Origin: Vicugna vicugna
Taxonomy: Eukaryota
Direction: 5' to 3'
Assembly: GCA_013265495.1 (NCBI GenBank)
Contig: MU057597.1
Span: 622,207 to 686,206 of the forward strand
DNA length: 64,000 nucleotides
This document shows, piece after piece, positions 50,719 to 63,519 of this stretch (position 1 is its first letter; each line of letters starts with the position of its first letter). The notes beneath the pieces are model-generated. The model made no database searches. It was given only the letters and a program-made list of their open reading frames with translations, and was not told the origin of the DNA. Position numbers and translations under genes: made by a program.

Positions 50719-51289
50719 CTAGGCAAATGAATCTGCATTTCACATGAAGACTAAGGAGGCGTCTACGCGTCACATGATGCAGACAGAATAGATGTGATAA
50801 AGCAGTTCATAGTAGCTCAGAATTTTCAAGAATTCTCCAGCTGCCAAACTCCTCATCCGTCTCCCCCCTCTCCAGTTCCTTCAGTTGTGGTTGCCTTTGG
50901 GAGAAGGGGTTGTGACCATCGGGGGCGTGGGGTGCTGCTCATATTCCGTTCCTTGCTCTGGGTGCTGGTTGTACCTGTACATTCTATTTGAGAAAATGCA
51001 GCAAATGGTACAGTAATGACGTGTCCACTTCCCATAATTTGTGTTGTATTACAATTCAAAGACACAAGCAAACAAATTCTTGCAAGAAGCAAATCACAGA
51101 TTCTCTACCTTAACCTCTCTGGTTCCAAACTGCATTAACTCTTTCTGTATAACATAGAATCCCTGCAAGAAATAGGTCTCACCCCTCCGCGGATTAAAAA
51201 GTGTTTACCCAGCACGTAACAGGCTTTGTGGGGGCAAGAGGAAAGTTCTTCTGCTGAAAATGAAAATGATACTTTTTACATTACACAAA

Positions 51290-51505
51290 AATAACAGCTA
51301 ACATTTGGGAGAGTATTAATCATGGGCCAAGCCCTGTTGTAAGTTTTCTTCTTTCATCCTCACAACAGCCCTGTGGCCGGGGCGGGGTGGGGGATTCTCC
51401 TACATCCCTGTGCTACTGGTGAAGCCCCTGAGACCCTGAGGGGCCAAACCACAGAGCCAGGACGGGAGCGGGTGCACTGACGGCCCCCCCCAAGCCCCGG
51501 GCTCT
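51290..51505 (-). mobile_element. MIR SINE, increasingly GC-shifted toward the CpG island
   Basis: ataacagctaacattt...tcatcctcacaacagccctgtg is recognisable reverse MIR; the distal part is G/C-enriched. Confidence 0.6.
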
Positions 51506-51544
51506 GCTGCCGTCACAGCCCGCGCCCCCCGCCCCGGCTGCTCG

Positions 51545-52460
51545 TCCAGCGGCACCGCAGCGCCGGGGTTCGTGCGCCTGGGGGGCACCGACGCGCGGGG
51601 ACTCCAGCCCCTTCTCCCCGCTGTGCGCCTGGTCACTCCCGTGCTGACCCTCCCGGGGAACCTGCTCATCGTCACCCCGGCCGTGGCCGACCGCCGCCTC
51701 GCCACCCCGAGGCTCCGCTCCTCCGGCACGCCTCGCTGCGGGAGCCGGGCTGCACCGCCGCCGTCGCCCCGCAGGCGCTGGTCCCCCCCCTCCCTGGACG
51801 CGGGACCGTCTCCGAGCCAGACGCTTCGCCCAAACGGGGCTCTACTTCATCCTGGGCACCGCGGAGCCCCTGCTGCCGGCGGGGATGTCCGCGGACCCTA
51901 CCTGGCCGTCTGCCGGCCCCGGCGGCGCCCCGCCCTCAGCACCGCTGGGGTCTGCCCCGTCCTCGTGCTGGGCTGCGGGGCGCAGCCTCCTCTTCCTCGC
52001 CGGGCCCAGTGTCTGGGTGCGCTCCCTCCCCTTCTGTGGCCCCGACGTCCTCGACCACTTCTGTGACAGCACGCCCTTGCTGGAGCTGGTGTGCGCAGAC
52101 ACCAGGCCCCTGCAGTCCTGGTGTCCTTCCTGGAGGCCGTGTGCGCCCTGGCCTGTGCCGTGGTGGCGACCAGCCTGTCCTGCGGCCGCGGCATCGGCAC
52201 CGTCCTGCACCTGCCTTCATCCCGGGGCCGCCGCAAGGCCTTCTCCACCTGCCCCTCCCACCTCCCGGTGGTCCCGCTCACCAACGGGAGCTGCCGCACC
52301 GTGTTCCTGAGCCCCCGGCAGACAGGGCGGCTGAAGCTCAACAGAGGAGTCGCTTTCTTCAGCACCATCGTGTCGCCCCTGCTGAACCCCTTCGTCTGCT
52401 GCCTTAGGAATGAGCTGGTCCAGAAAGTGAGCAGGGATTTGCTGATCAAGGTGGGAGGCG
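51545..52460 (+). pseudogene. Olfactory receptor pseudogene (family 6-like), several frameshifts, extremely GC/CpG-rich
   Basis: OR motifs are spread over three frames: GNLLIV..ADRRLATP; MSADP/YLAVCRP; LPFCGPDVLDHFCDSTPLLELVCADT; SSRGRRKAFSTCPSHL; LNRGVAFFSTIVSPLLNPFVCCLRNELV. Confidence 0.9.
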
Positions 52461-53037
52461 TTCCTTCTAAGACGCTCAGGGCAGAAGGCTTCCAGACGGG
52501 CCGCCTGTCAGTTGCTCTCTTTTCTGTCTCACTGAAGGCATTTTTTCCCTACTTGAGCAGGGAAGAAAGCTTGCTGGTTCCCAAGCTGACTGTGCCTGTT
52601 TCTGCATTCCAGGAGAACGGAAGAGGGAGTGAATTGCTCTCCTGCTCAGGACAACGCAGCCTTTTGGCCACAACGCTGGAGACTGCTAGTCATCCTGCTT
52701 ATCCAGTCTCCACGTTACTAACAGAACACTTTGAATTTTATCCGGGCACGTGACGTCCAGCTAGAGACATTTCCCATCCTCCCTTGCAGCTACCTTGGCG
52801 ACATGACTAAGTTTTAGAGGCTGTGGTGTAAGTGGAATGATCTGTGTAATTTATGGATTGTGGTTTCCTAAGAATATTGCATTCTCTCCATTTTTTTTTC
52901 CCTTCCATCTTCCTGCTGCCTAGGGTACACGATCACTGTGGTGGCCACCTTGGGACAAGGGATGGAAACAAACCAACCAAAAAATACATTGTTTAGAGAA
53001 ATCCCATCAGCCTGGGTCCCTGGATGAGCTTGTGTAA

Positions 53038-53056
53038 CAGCGCCTCCTGCTGGCCG
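53038..53056 (-). promoter_or_regulatory. CTCF-like motif
   Basis: Reverse complement cggccagcaggaggcgctg is close to the CTCF core consensus. Confidence 0.45.
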
Positions 53057-53596
53057 TGCATCAACCACAGACTTCCTTTGTGAGGGGGGAATTAAGGTCT
53101 GTCTTAATCTCGCCACTGTGGTTTGTGGATTCTTGGTTACATCAGCTTAGCATAAATTTCTCTGCTAATACAGATATAAAAGAAAATTCTCAGAACATAG
53201 CCTGAAATGGGGAAGCCAAGCTAAAGGGGCAGAACTGCTGTGGAAAGTAAAGTAAAAATGTGTGCACTCGGGGGTGGAGAGGGTGTTACAGTGCCAAACG
53301 GACTGGGTTCCAGAGATAGCAGTTGTATGAGAATCCCGAAGCTCGAGGAGAGAAGAGAGGAGATCAGATCTGCTCAGGAAACAAATCGGCCCTAACATCA
53401 CGGTGGACATAAGGCAAGGATACAAGGTGGACGGTAGCAACCAGACAGAGATCCCAAGGAATGGGTTTTGTCTGATGCAAGCTGTGAAGGAGGATCTCTG
53501 ATATTCAGGCTTAAGCTGTTTCTTGTTCTATGCTGTTATCCCCTGTGTCTTCCTCACACAGTCAGAAAACCTCTACTCCACAATGAACTTAGTGTC

Positions 53597-54065
53597 CGAG
53601 AGTAAACAATCTTATGGTTACCAGGGAAAGGGGGTGAGAGGGGATAAATTTGGGAGTTTGAGATTCACAAATTATAACCAATATATATATAATAGGTGAA
53701 AGACAGATTTCTTCTGTACAGCACAGGGAACTATATTCGATATCTCGTAATAACATTTAATGAAAAAGAATATGAATACGAGTATATGTATATATATGCA
53801 GGACTGGGACATTGTGCTGTACACCAGCATAATGGACACACTGTAACTGACTATACTTCAATAAAAAAAAATCAACAATTAACTTAGTGTCTGGCATGAA
53901 GAATACAGAAGAGGGGAGAGGGTATGTAGCTCTAGTGGTGGAGCACATGCTTAGCATGCTGGATGTCCTGGATTCAATCCCCAGTACCTCCATAATAAAT
54001 AAATAATCCTAATTACATCCTCCCTCCAAAGAGCAAAAACAAAACATATAAACAAAGAAAAAACA
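53597..54065 (+). mobile_element. Short L1 3' end (53597-53872) followed by a Vic-1-like SINE (53912-54065)
   Basis: ggttaccagggaaagggg...gactatacttcaataaaaaaa; gagcacatgcttagcatg...ttcaatccccagtacctcc. Confidence 0.85.
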
Positions 54066-54625
54066 CAGGAAAGGAAGGGCTGGGACACATTTTTGGAGGA
54101 ACGCAGGCTGAAAGGAGATGGAACAGCTTGGAGAGATGAGATGACAGATAAAAATTGTTAGAGGTGGCAGGTCCTAATGTGAGAGTGAGAGGGAAGCCCT
54201 GCCAGCAGCTTCTGGTTTAATTTCCCTGAGACTGAATTTCCTGAGGCCAAATGTCTGTTAAGGATCCAAGTAAAACTTGAAACTATTAGAGGCAGAAAGA
54301 ATCTGGGGACGCATGCATCACACTTTCAAAGGAGAAGTTCATGTGTCAAAGAGGGAGTGAGGTTTAGGCTGGTTCTTAAAAGGCAATTAATTTTTCAGGC
54401 AAGGAAGAAGGAAGGAATGAGAAGTAAACCTGTAAGAATTGTAGTCTTGGGAATAAAGGTGTTTAAAAGAAAGAAAGAAAGAAAAAGAAAAAATAAATTA
54501 AATAGGAATCCTTCAACACTCAAAAACAAAAAGAATGGTGGTCTTAGAGGGGAGGGTAGAGCATGTGCCTAGCACATGCAAGGCCCAGCACTCAAAAACA
54601 ACAGCAACAAAAAGAATGGTGGTCT

Positions 54626-55136
54626 TGTTATGGAAATGACAGGCCAGCCAAGAAACAAGCACCACTCGGAGGGTTGGAGCACTCAGATTTATTACACCGG
54701 CGGGCTCAGAGGGGCTTCTGCTCCGAAGCTCTGAGCCCCTCCAAGACGTGCACATGAGGTTTTATAGGGTTAATTACAAGTATGGGGCTATTAGCCAATA
54801 AGGTTCAAACAAAAAGCAAGGAATCAGTACACTGGAGCTTATCAATTTGGAACAGATCACGTTACTGACACTTGTTGAGCTTGGATTTACGAGTTAGCTT
54901 GTTAGCCCAGTAAACTGACACTAAACTTTAGATTTACAAGTTAGCCCGGCAGAACTTATATCAGTAAACCGACACTTATCACACTTAGATTTGTGACTGA
55001 GCTCGTTAGCCCAATAGACTGACACTAAACTTCAGATTTATGAGTTAGCCCAGCAGAACTCAGATCAGTAATCCGACACTTGTTGCACTTAGATTTGTGA
55101 CTTAGCTTGTTAGCCCAGCTGGGCTTTCCCTTCACA
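54626..55136 (-). mobile_element. Young solo ERV1-type LTR (511 bp) with tandem U3 repeats
   Basis: TG..CA termini and perfect TSD GTCT (54622-25 and 55137-40). Reverse TATA (ttttatagg, ~54760) and reverse AATAAA (~54688). A ~105-bp unit is repeated in 54865-55120. Confidence 0.88.
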
Positions 55137-55143
55137 GTCTTAG

Positions 55144-55272
55144 AGGGGAGGGTAGAGCATGTGCCTAGCACATGCAAGGCCCTGGGTTCCATCCCCAGTA
55201 CTGCCATTAAAATAAATAAATCTAATTACCTCCTCCCTACAGAACATAAATAAAAATTTTTTAAAAAGAAAA
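55144..55272 (+). mobile_element. Vic-1-like SINE
   Basis: ggggagggtagagcatgtgcctagc...gggttccatccccagtac with AT tail. Confidence 0.85.
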
Positions 55273-57179
55273 TAAATTGGCCTCAGACATTCTAAAAGTT
55301 ATGTTCTAGGTATGTTCTTTCATGAACAGTTCCATTTCCTACCAATATGGGAGCAGTCCTACAATTCATAGAACCCAAAACAGCTGCTGATCAAACTACA
55401 GGAAAAAAGACCTAACCAGGAGCGGTGATTTCTATGGGAATGAAAGCTAATGAAATGCAAGGTACAACTTCCCAGAAAATAAAATGTTTTTCCCTTGGTG
55501 TTGGAAAGAGTTAAAGTACTGAGCATGGCTAGGGTGGAAGTTAGGATTCTAAAAGGACTTGTGTTCCAATCGGCATTGCAAACACAGAATTACAGATGAG
55601 CTGTCAGTTCAAATTGAACTGGAGGAACACAAGCATTAGATACATGGGTTTATGGATGCCCTAGTAATGGATGGTGGGGTGTGGACGACCTCCAAGCCTT
55701 ACCGAAAGAAACCTGGTCACCCAAGGCTCAACGAAAACATGGGACACGGAGTTTTAGTGGTTTTCATGGATAACAGATGCATTCTAGATTCTAAGACCAC
55801 AGGAGATGGACATGAATGATAAAAGAAAGTGGCTCTCCACAGGAACGCAGAAGGTGACAGCAATGGCCTCTCCAAGACAATAGGCACTGAGCCCTCACAA
55901 TGCCTTCCACCTGCTTCGTGACTTCCGAAGTGGGCGGCTCAGTGGAGGAGTGGAGATGACAGCACATCTAGCAAGCTGAAAAATAGATTCTTTAAGTGGG
56001 AGCTTCTGGAAATGTACTCCTGGAGGAGGGGGATTCATCCGCCATTAGGTCACATAATCGAGCTTGAGGATGGAGAAAAGTCAAGCACTATGTGAAAGGG
56101 TGCCCTTTCCCTGTTCCCGTGTGGCTCATTAGCATGCAGTTCGGCATTCACTATTTGGCTGGTGATGAGAGAAAAATCAACGGGCACAGAGTGAACTGGG
56201 GTGGGTGTGGGAGCAGCTATCCTGTTCTGGTCGGTCACTCAGACCTCAGCATTGGAGCTGAGTCCTCCGTTCATGAAACAGGGCATACACCATGCATGTT
56301 GGAGGAAGTTAAGGAAAAAGTGGGGGGCGGAGTGTGGGGGGATGGTGGTGATGGAGATTGATACAGGGGTTTGGAAGCCAGCAGGAAGCAGGTTTTGGAC
56401 AGACACCCAGCCAGAACCAGCCAGTTCCTCCAGCCCAGCCATCCTTCCTGCCCAGAGTTTAGATCTTGTGGAAAATTCAAGGATCTGGCAGGGGTTCTGA
56501 AAGGTGATGAAACATAGTGAGAGTCTAATCTCTTAGCTGAGATTTCCACATCCCTAGTTCCTGCCACAAGCACAAACCATCTGGAGAGACGCCTCACTGA
56601 ATTCCCAAGGGGCACTCTCCACCAAAGGGTGCCAGATTGAGCAAATAAATCACAGGACATCTGGTAAAAACTGAAATTCAGATAAGCAGTGGATAATGTT
56701 TTAGTACAATTATGTCCCATATATACTGCATACTTGGGACACACTCATAGGAAAAAGCGATTTGCCACTGCAGTGTGGCAATCACTATAACATGTGACAA
56801 TACTGCCTCGACTAACAGATGATACGTTGTTTACTTGAAATCCAAGTGTAACCGGACATCCTGGATTTTATCTGGCTGCCTATTTCCACCGCCCAGGGGC
56901 CGGTGAGGGCCCTTGTCTGGCAGAACTGTCTCCCCGCCTTTGCTGATGTGGCCGGATGGTTCTTCGTCTCACACAGGAAAATTTATCATGCATTTTTCAG
57001 AGAAGGGATTGAGAAAAGTTTTGCGGCAGTACCCCATGCCAAACAGTGTCCTGCTGTTTGGATGGTGAACTCGAGAATAACATGTGTCCTCAAGGAACTC
57101 AGGACCCCAGGAGGACACAGAAACACAGCATTAAGTAAAATAGAGACTGGTGGACACCACAGTAAAGAAGTCATATGGA

Positions 57180-57348
57180 GAGAGGAGGGTATAGCTCAGT
57201 GGGTAGAGTGCATGCTTAGCATGTAGGAGGTCATGGGTTCCATCCCCAGTACCTCTGTTAAATTGTTGTTGTTATTAATATTAATAAACAAACCTAATTA
57301 CCTCCTCCCCAAAAAAAGACCCCCCCAAAAAACCACTTTAAAAAAAGA
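57180..57348 (+). mobile_element. Vic-1-like SINE
   Basis: A and B boxes; 17-bp TSD taaagaagtc(a/g)tatgga. Confidence 0.9.
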
Positions 57349-58317
57349 TAAAGAAGTCGTATGGACATAATCTTCCCATTTTTTTCTGTTGCTTCTCCAT
57401 CACCCAGACCCTTCTCTCTAATATTAGATTCCCTTTGTTACAATCTATGTTGTAGAACCTGAGCCTTGTGACCCAAAAGAGTGTCCCACAGACTGCATTT
57501 TCCTGGTTGCACCTTCTTGGAACAATAATCCTATATTGTCTTTATTTCCAAACAACTGATAGCAAAATCAGGGACTGGTCCAAACTCAGCATAGCCAGTA
57601 TGTTCTAGTTCACTTTGTAACATTTGAGTTCCCTTTCTTTCTTTCTTCTTCTTCTTTTTTTTAATTTCCTATTTTTAAAAAATCATAGCTATAAAAGAAG
57701 TTTCTGAGTATGATTTTTTAAATTGTGGTCTGTTGTGCAAAAAAGAGGGGAATTTGGTCTCAACAGAAACATTTTTTTTTTCCTGAGGAGATGACATTTA
57801 AGTTTAAAAGGATACACAGGCTGGTGAGTAGCTAGCAAAAAGCATTCCAGGCAGAGAGACTCATAAGCTGACGGCTCTCCTCTGAAAAGAAGGACAGTCA
57901 GCGTGGCTGAAGTGTAATGAGGAGGCAGAGAGAGTCATTACGATGAAGAGCTAACAAAGGCAAGGTTATTCAGGTCTCCCTGCAAGCGCTGGGAAGAATT
58001 GGTCTTTACAAGGGCACTGGAGACCATTAAAGTCTTTTTAGCTGTGCTTATGTCAGGGTAATTACCTGCGTTTTGAAAAGAACATTCCGGTCTAGCTCCA
58101 GGACATTTCCCGGAGAAGCTAGAGCGGATGTAGGGCGAGCGTATAGGACACTAATTCGTCATCCCAGGTGAGACATAGCCACCCAACGGGAGGCAATGGG
58201 GCCAAGGGACAAGTTTACAGGGGTGATGTTTCAGCAGGCGAAATCACAGACTTAGAATAGCAGGGGAGATGGAGTGGTCTACCAGCAGTGGGAGTGTATA
58301 TAAAATCTATTATGGGG

Positions 58318-60985
58318 TGCGGGGTGGGGTGAGGCTAGCGCGCATGGGGTAGAGCGCATGCTCAGCATTCAAGAGGTCCTGGGTTCAATCTAGTGCCTCC
58401 TCTAGAAATAAAGCTAATTACCTCCCCCCAGATAACATAGTTAAATAATACAATAATAAATAAAATAAAATATTATGGATGCAGATTAGTAAACCAAATT
58501 TGACCTAAATTCAAGTTGACTTCTCTAAAGTGCTGCGCGCACCTCATAAACACAATAAATGGCATTAACCAGAGACGCGCTTTTCCACCCCGACCACCAG
58601 GGGCCGTGCCGAGCAAAGCCATCCAAGGGAGATGCTGTCCCTTAAATGCACGATGAATGAAACCAGGCTTGCAAAGGCTCTATGACGTGGTGGATAAGAA
58701 CCCGCTAGTGCCGGAGTCCTGGGTTCAAAACCCAACTCATCTATAATTCAGTGCTTGCAATTCTGACTTTGCCCACCGCTTGGCGTCACATCTTTAATAG
58801 CTATTTTCATTTTCTCCTTTTATAAACTGGGGCCAATCAAACCATGCAAGTATTAGCAGTTTGTTATTATAACGCAGTAACCTTGGGGGAGGGCATAGCT
58901 CAGTGGTAGACTACGTGCCTAGCATGCACGAGGTCCTGGGTTCAATCCCCAGTAGCTCCAATAAATAAATAAATAAATCTAATTACCTACTCCCCAAGAA
59001 AAATTTAAAAAATAAATAAATAAAACCGGAATGACCTTAAAACAGCCCCGTGCCCGGGCCCTTTGGTGACCAGGTGACTGTGCTAACTGCCTTTCATGAA
59101 ACTCTTTCCCCAGACTGAGGTCTGTAGGATGCAGAATGACCTGCAGAGAAAGACAAAAAACCAGAGTGTTCCTAAAAGGAATTTGCATACAGTCTATACA
59201 GGGAACTATATTCAATTTCTTGTAATAACATATAATGGAAAAGAATCTGTAAAGAAAACATATGTATGTGTAAGTATAACTGAATCCCTTTGCTGGACAC
59301 CTGAAACTAACTTTGTGAGTCAACTACACTTCAAGCAAAAAAAAATTAAATCAATCAAAATTTGGAAAATGAAGAAAGCACACAAGTTTGTTTTTCCTTC
59401 CTCCTCAGACCCTGCAGGACACTGAAATGCAGCCCTGTGACTTTCCAAAAGGCAGAATGTGGGCATGCATGAGGTCTGGAGTTCAATCCCCAGTATCTCC
59501 ATTACAATAATAATTAAAAGAAAAAGATTTCCTTGGAAAGGCATTCCAGAGTCTTTCAGATTAAGTTCTTTATCCTGTAAATGTGAGTTCTTATCTCCTC
59601 TTCTTAGATACCCCCCTTACTCTACTATGCTTGCCTGTCTTGTAATAGAATTACCCCCAAATTATCTTTTTTTTTTTTTAATGGAGGTACTGGGGGTTGA
59701 ACCCAGAGCCTAGGGCTAAGCATGTGCTCTGCCACTGATCTATTTCCCTCCCCCCACTCAAGCTATCTTTATCCCAAAGGGAAAACATTTGAGCTACAGA
59801 AGATGCAGAAAGAAATTTTCGATAAGCTTCCCTCACCTGCCTCCCACAAAAAACAGCTGCCCTTCACCCCCTCCGACGGCAGTTTCCTGCCAGCTCAGCT
59901 GCCAAAGCAGACAGCTCACTCCCTTAGCATCAAAAAGCCCAGCAGAACTTCCCTCCCACTGAAGCCCTCACACGCCGTCCTTTAGTTAAATTGATTAAAA
60001 AAACCTCCAGGCTGTTCCTCCAGGTTCTCATTACCGGGTGGTCCCTCATGCACATGTAAATAAAACCTCTTTTCACCTGATAATCTGTCCTTTGTCAGTG
60101 AATTTTCAAGCCTCCAGCTACTGGAACCATTTGGAAGAGGAAACGGTTTTTCCTCCCAATGCTTTCTTTAGAATGCCTTCCGAGGATCCCAGATCACTGG
60201 GAGCTACCCCCGCGCTGAACCCCTCCACCCCACTCTAGTACCTCCTGGACTTCTCAGGTTCTGAACCCTTGACCCCCAATTACTAAGGAGTTACACCTCC
60301 CTTTCTTACCAATGAATCCTAATAGACCTGGAAAATAGAGTTCAGCTAATACCTAATTAACAAATAAATTCTTCACAAGAATCTTTTAGGAATATTTAGC
60401 AAAAGTGGATCTGGGAAACTAAAAAAATAGTCCTGCCTAGCAAATCCTAAACAGGTAGAGAAAATGAGATTATGGCCCACCCCAACCCTTTTAAGGAGTC
60501 TACAGTAATCCGACGAGGAATTCCCTGTTATTAAGTGACCTATTACTGCTGTATATGTATATGTTAAAAATATCTTTGTAGAGGGGTGAACATAGCTCAG
60601 TGGTAGAGCACATGCCTGCCATGCACCAGGTCCTGGGTTCAATCCCCAGGACCTCCATTAAATAAACAAATAAAACCTAGTTAACTCCCCTCAGCAGTAA
60701 TTAATTAATTAAAATAACATTTTAATTACAAAATTAAATTAAAAATGTTCTGCAGGGGAGGATATAGCTCAGTGGAAAAGTGCATGCTTTGCACACACAG
60801 GGTCCTGGGTTCAATCCCTAGTACCTCCATTAAAAAAAGAATATGTATCTTTTTACATCAAGCTCATCTGAACCTATTCTTTTTGTTTGTTTGTTTTTCC
60901 CCTTTAACAGAGGCACTGGGGATTGAGCCCAGGACCTTGTGCGTGCCAAGCAGGCACTCTGTCATTGAGCTATACCTTCCCCACC
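58318..60985. mobile_element. Dense cluster of Vic-1-like SINEs (~58318+, 58884+, 59455+, 59665-, 60582+, 60755+, 60880-) with L1 tail and LTR fragments
   Basis: Repeated atagctcagtggtagag / gggttcaatccccag cores in both orientations. Confidence 0.85.
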
Positions 60986-61969
60986 CAAGAACCTACTCTT
61001 TGAGGTGCCCCAGGCACCTGAAGTCTCTTTTCCAGGAGCTGCAATGCCTTGGAATCTAATCACATCTCCAGCCCTCACTGCAATTTCCATTCCCTTTGTG
61101 ACATCCTTCCTGATCTCCCAGACCTGACTCTTTCCATAGAAGGAATTTTACAGATCAGCGCTGTCCAATAACATTGTCTGTGCAGGACACAGATCCTGCG
61201 TATCTGTACTGTCCAATACGGCAGCCAAGAGCCACTAGCATCTATTATGAGCCCTTGAAATGGGACTCCAGCTGCTGAGGGGCGATTGCCCGATTTAGGA
61301 CAAAAAAATACAGGATAGCCTGTTAAATGTGGATGTAAGATAAATATGCACTCTTTTTATTAATTCTTATTTTTATTGAAGTACAGTTGATTTATAATGT
61401 TACTTTCAGGAGTACAGAAAATCAATTCAGATATATATATCTCCACATAAACACACACACACACACATATATATATATTTCAAATTCTTTTCCATTACAG
61501 CTCATTACAAGAAATTGAATATTGTTCCTTGTGCTATATGGTAGGTTAAACATGTACCCTTTGGGACATACTTATACTTAAAAATTAGACAAAAAGTCAT
61601 TGTTCATCTGAACTTCAGATTTACCGGGGCATCCTGTATTTTGCCTGGCAGGTCTAGATTAGGGAGCTGAATACTCAACAATTAATTTAAGTTTAAAGAG
61701 CTACCCGTGGCTAGTGCCCAGCGTATTGGGCAGCACAGAGTAGGTGGTAAACATGAGTCCAGAGGTTGGATGATGGGGCCCAGATTATTGACATGCTGGT
61801 TTCCCAGTGCTAACCAGACAGGTCCTTCACGGCCCATCTTTTTCCTTCCCTGCGTCTCCATTGCATCACCACTTTGGCATGGACTCATCAGCTTTTTTTT
61901 AAAAAAGTATCCCATCAGTAAAACACATCTGAGCATGGAATCCTAGAACATGGGTGGCTCTGAGAGTTT

Positions 61970-63480
61970 GACAGTGCAGGCTATGAAACAAGTGTTAAAG
62001 AAAAACATTAGCCACCGGGCACTTGTTAAAATTGGTAAAGAAAAAATGAAAATAACTTTACAAAAGGAAAAAAAATACAATAAAACATTTAATTAAAAAA
62101 TAAGTAAAAGAAAAAAAGGGGAAAAAATTGGTAAAGAAGACTTTATTCAATTTCTTTTTTTTAAATAGTTTTTTCCATCCTTTTTTTTTTTTTGGTGGAG
62201 AGGGGAGGTATTTAGGTTTATTTATTTATTTGTTCGTTTTTAGAAGAGGTAGTGGGAGTTGAACCCAGAACCTCATGCATGCCAGGCATGTGCTTTACCA
62301 CTTCAGCTGCACCCACCCCCTCAATTTCTTGTAATGAGCTATAATGGAAAAGAAATTGAAAAAATATATATATATGTATGTATGTTGATGTATAACTGAA
62401 TTGCTATGCTGTACACCTGAAACTAACATTGTAAATCGACTACACTTCAATAAAAAAAATAAGAATAATGATTTTTTAAATGTTTAAAGGAAGACTTTAT
62501 TCAGGGCACATGAGTAGGAGTTGTGGCCATTACCATAGGGGGTGAGATTGAGCGTAACTCCAAATACATAAAGGAGCAAGGGAGCCATAGCCAACAGTAA
62601 AGGGAGGGGTTGGTGGGTGGAAAATTACTAGAGGAGATGTCTTGGGTGGGGAGTTTTTACTCAGTGGCTTAACAGGATTCTTACTAAAGGCAGGCCAAGG
62701 ACTTAGACATCAAGGCAGTAGCAAGAGGAACTTGATCAGCCATCAGGAGTTATCAGATGTCAAGGGTGGGGGTCTACTTTGTAGCCATAGTCTTTGTTAA
62801 GGCTGGACTGGATGGACCGCAGGCAGGTCAAGGGCCAAGGTCAAGGCCTAGCTAAGAGGCCTCAGGGAAAGCTGACTGAAGTCTGGTCCAAGAGAGAGTC
62901 TTGGTTAAGTATTGTCCAGGAGAAAGAAATGTTCCTCTACCTTTCTAGGTCCTGGCCAGTCCAAGAATGAAATTTGACATCAGGCAGGTTAACAGGAGAA
63001 AATCAAATAAAGGTTGAGTAATGTGTATACATGGGGGAGACCCAGGAAGGCAGAGGAACTTGCCGAAAGGGCCAAAAACTGTCCTTGTAAAAGCCATCTT
63101 CAGTTAAAGACAAAAAAGGATGCCGAGGCTAGGGGTTTGGGATGTCAAAGGGGAGGAGGGCAATTGACATGGAGATGGAGAAGGATAAGTTTGGTGAACA
63201 AATGTTTGCTGGGCCCTGCAGAGGCGGGGCTCTGGTCTCCAGGCCCTGCCAGCTTTCCCAGGCTCCCCCTGCCACGTGTAGCCCATATTCTTTGCACACA
63301 TCCCTGGTGGCAGCTCTATTATTCCAGGAGCAGGCCTTCTACCTAAATTCTTTAGGAAGTTAGGGGAAGGTCAAATGTTCTTGCGGAGTCTTTGGGGCCT
63401 CTGTTATGTTCTGCTCCAAATAATCCACATGCCAAAGAGACACATTTTGGGGTGGCCAGTTTTGCTCCCCTGCAGGGCTC
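61970..63480. mobile_element. Nested LTR fragments with a SINE (62150-62320, minus) and an L1 tail
   Basis: gaagactttattca recurs around the insertions; gccaaggacttagacatcaagg; ataatccacatgccaaagagacacattttgggg is related to the MER34-like head in reverse. Confidence 0.6.
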
Positions 63481-63519
63481 AGGGGAGCCAGACTAAAGTC
63501 TGGTCAAGGAGAGAGACTT

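Noticed and set aside
51572..52753. OR ORFs as a functional receptor
   Set aside because: Motifs are split across frames, there is no proper start, and the conserved PMY and DRY motifs are destroyed.
54865..55120. Periodic repeat-spacer-like array (CRISPR-like appearance)
   Set aside because: Mammalian context, the intervening segments are themselves repeated, and the array lies inside a TSD-bounded LTR, so these are U3 tandem repeats.
58528..58545. AAAGTGCTGC resembling the miR-372/miR-290 family seed, expected downstream by synteny
   Set aside because: No complementary 5' arm (ctcaaa..gcac) nearby, so no hairpin. No miR-371-373 or C19MC-like hairpins were found in the window.
58884..58960. 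tRNA-like A/B boxes here and in about 20 other places
   Set aside because: They are SINE heads with AT-rich tails and often TSDs, not tRNA genes.
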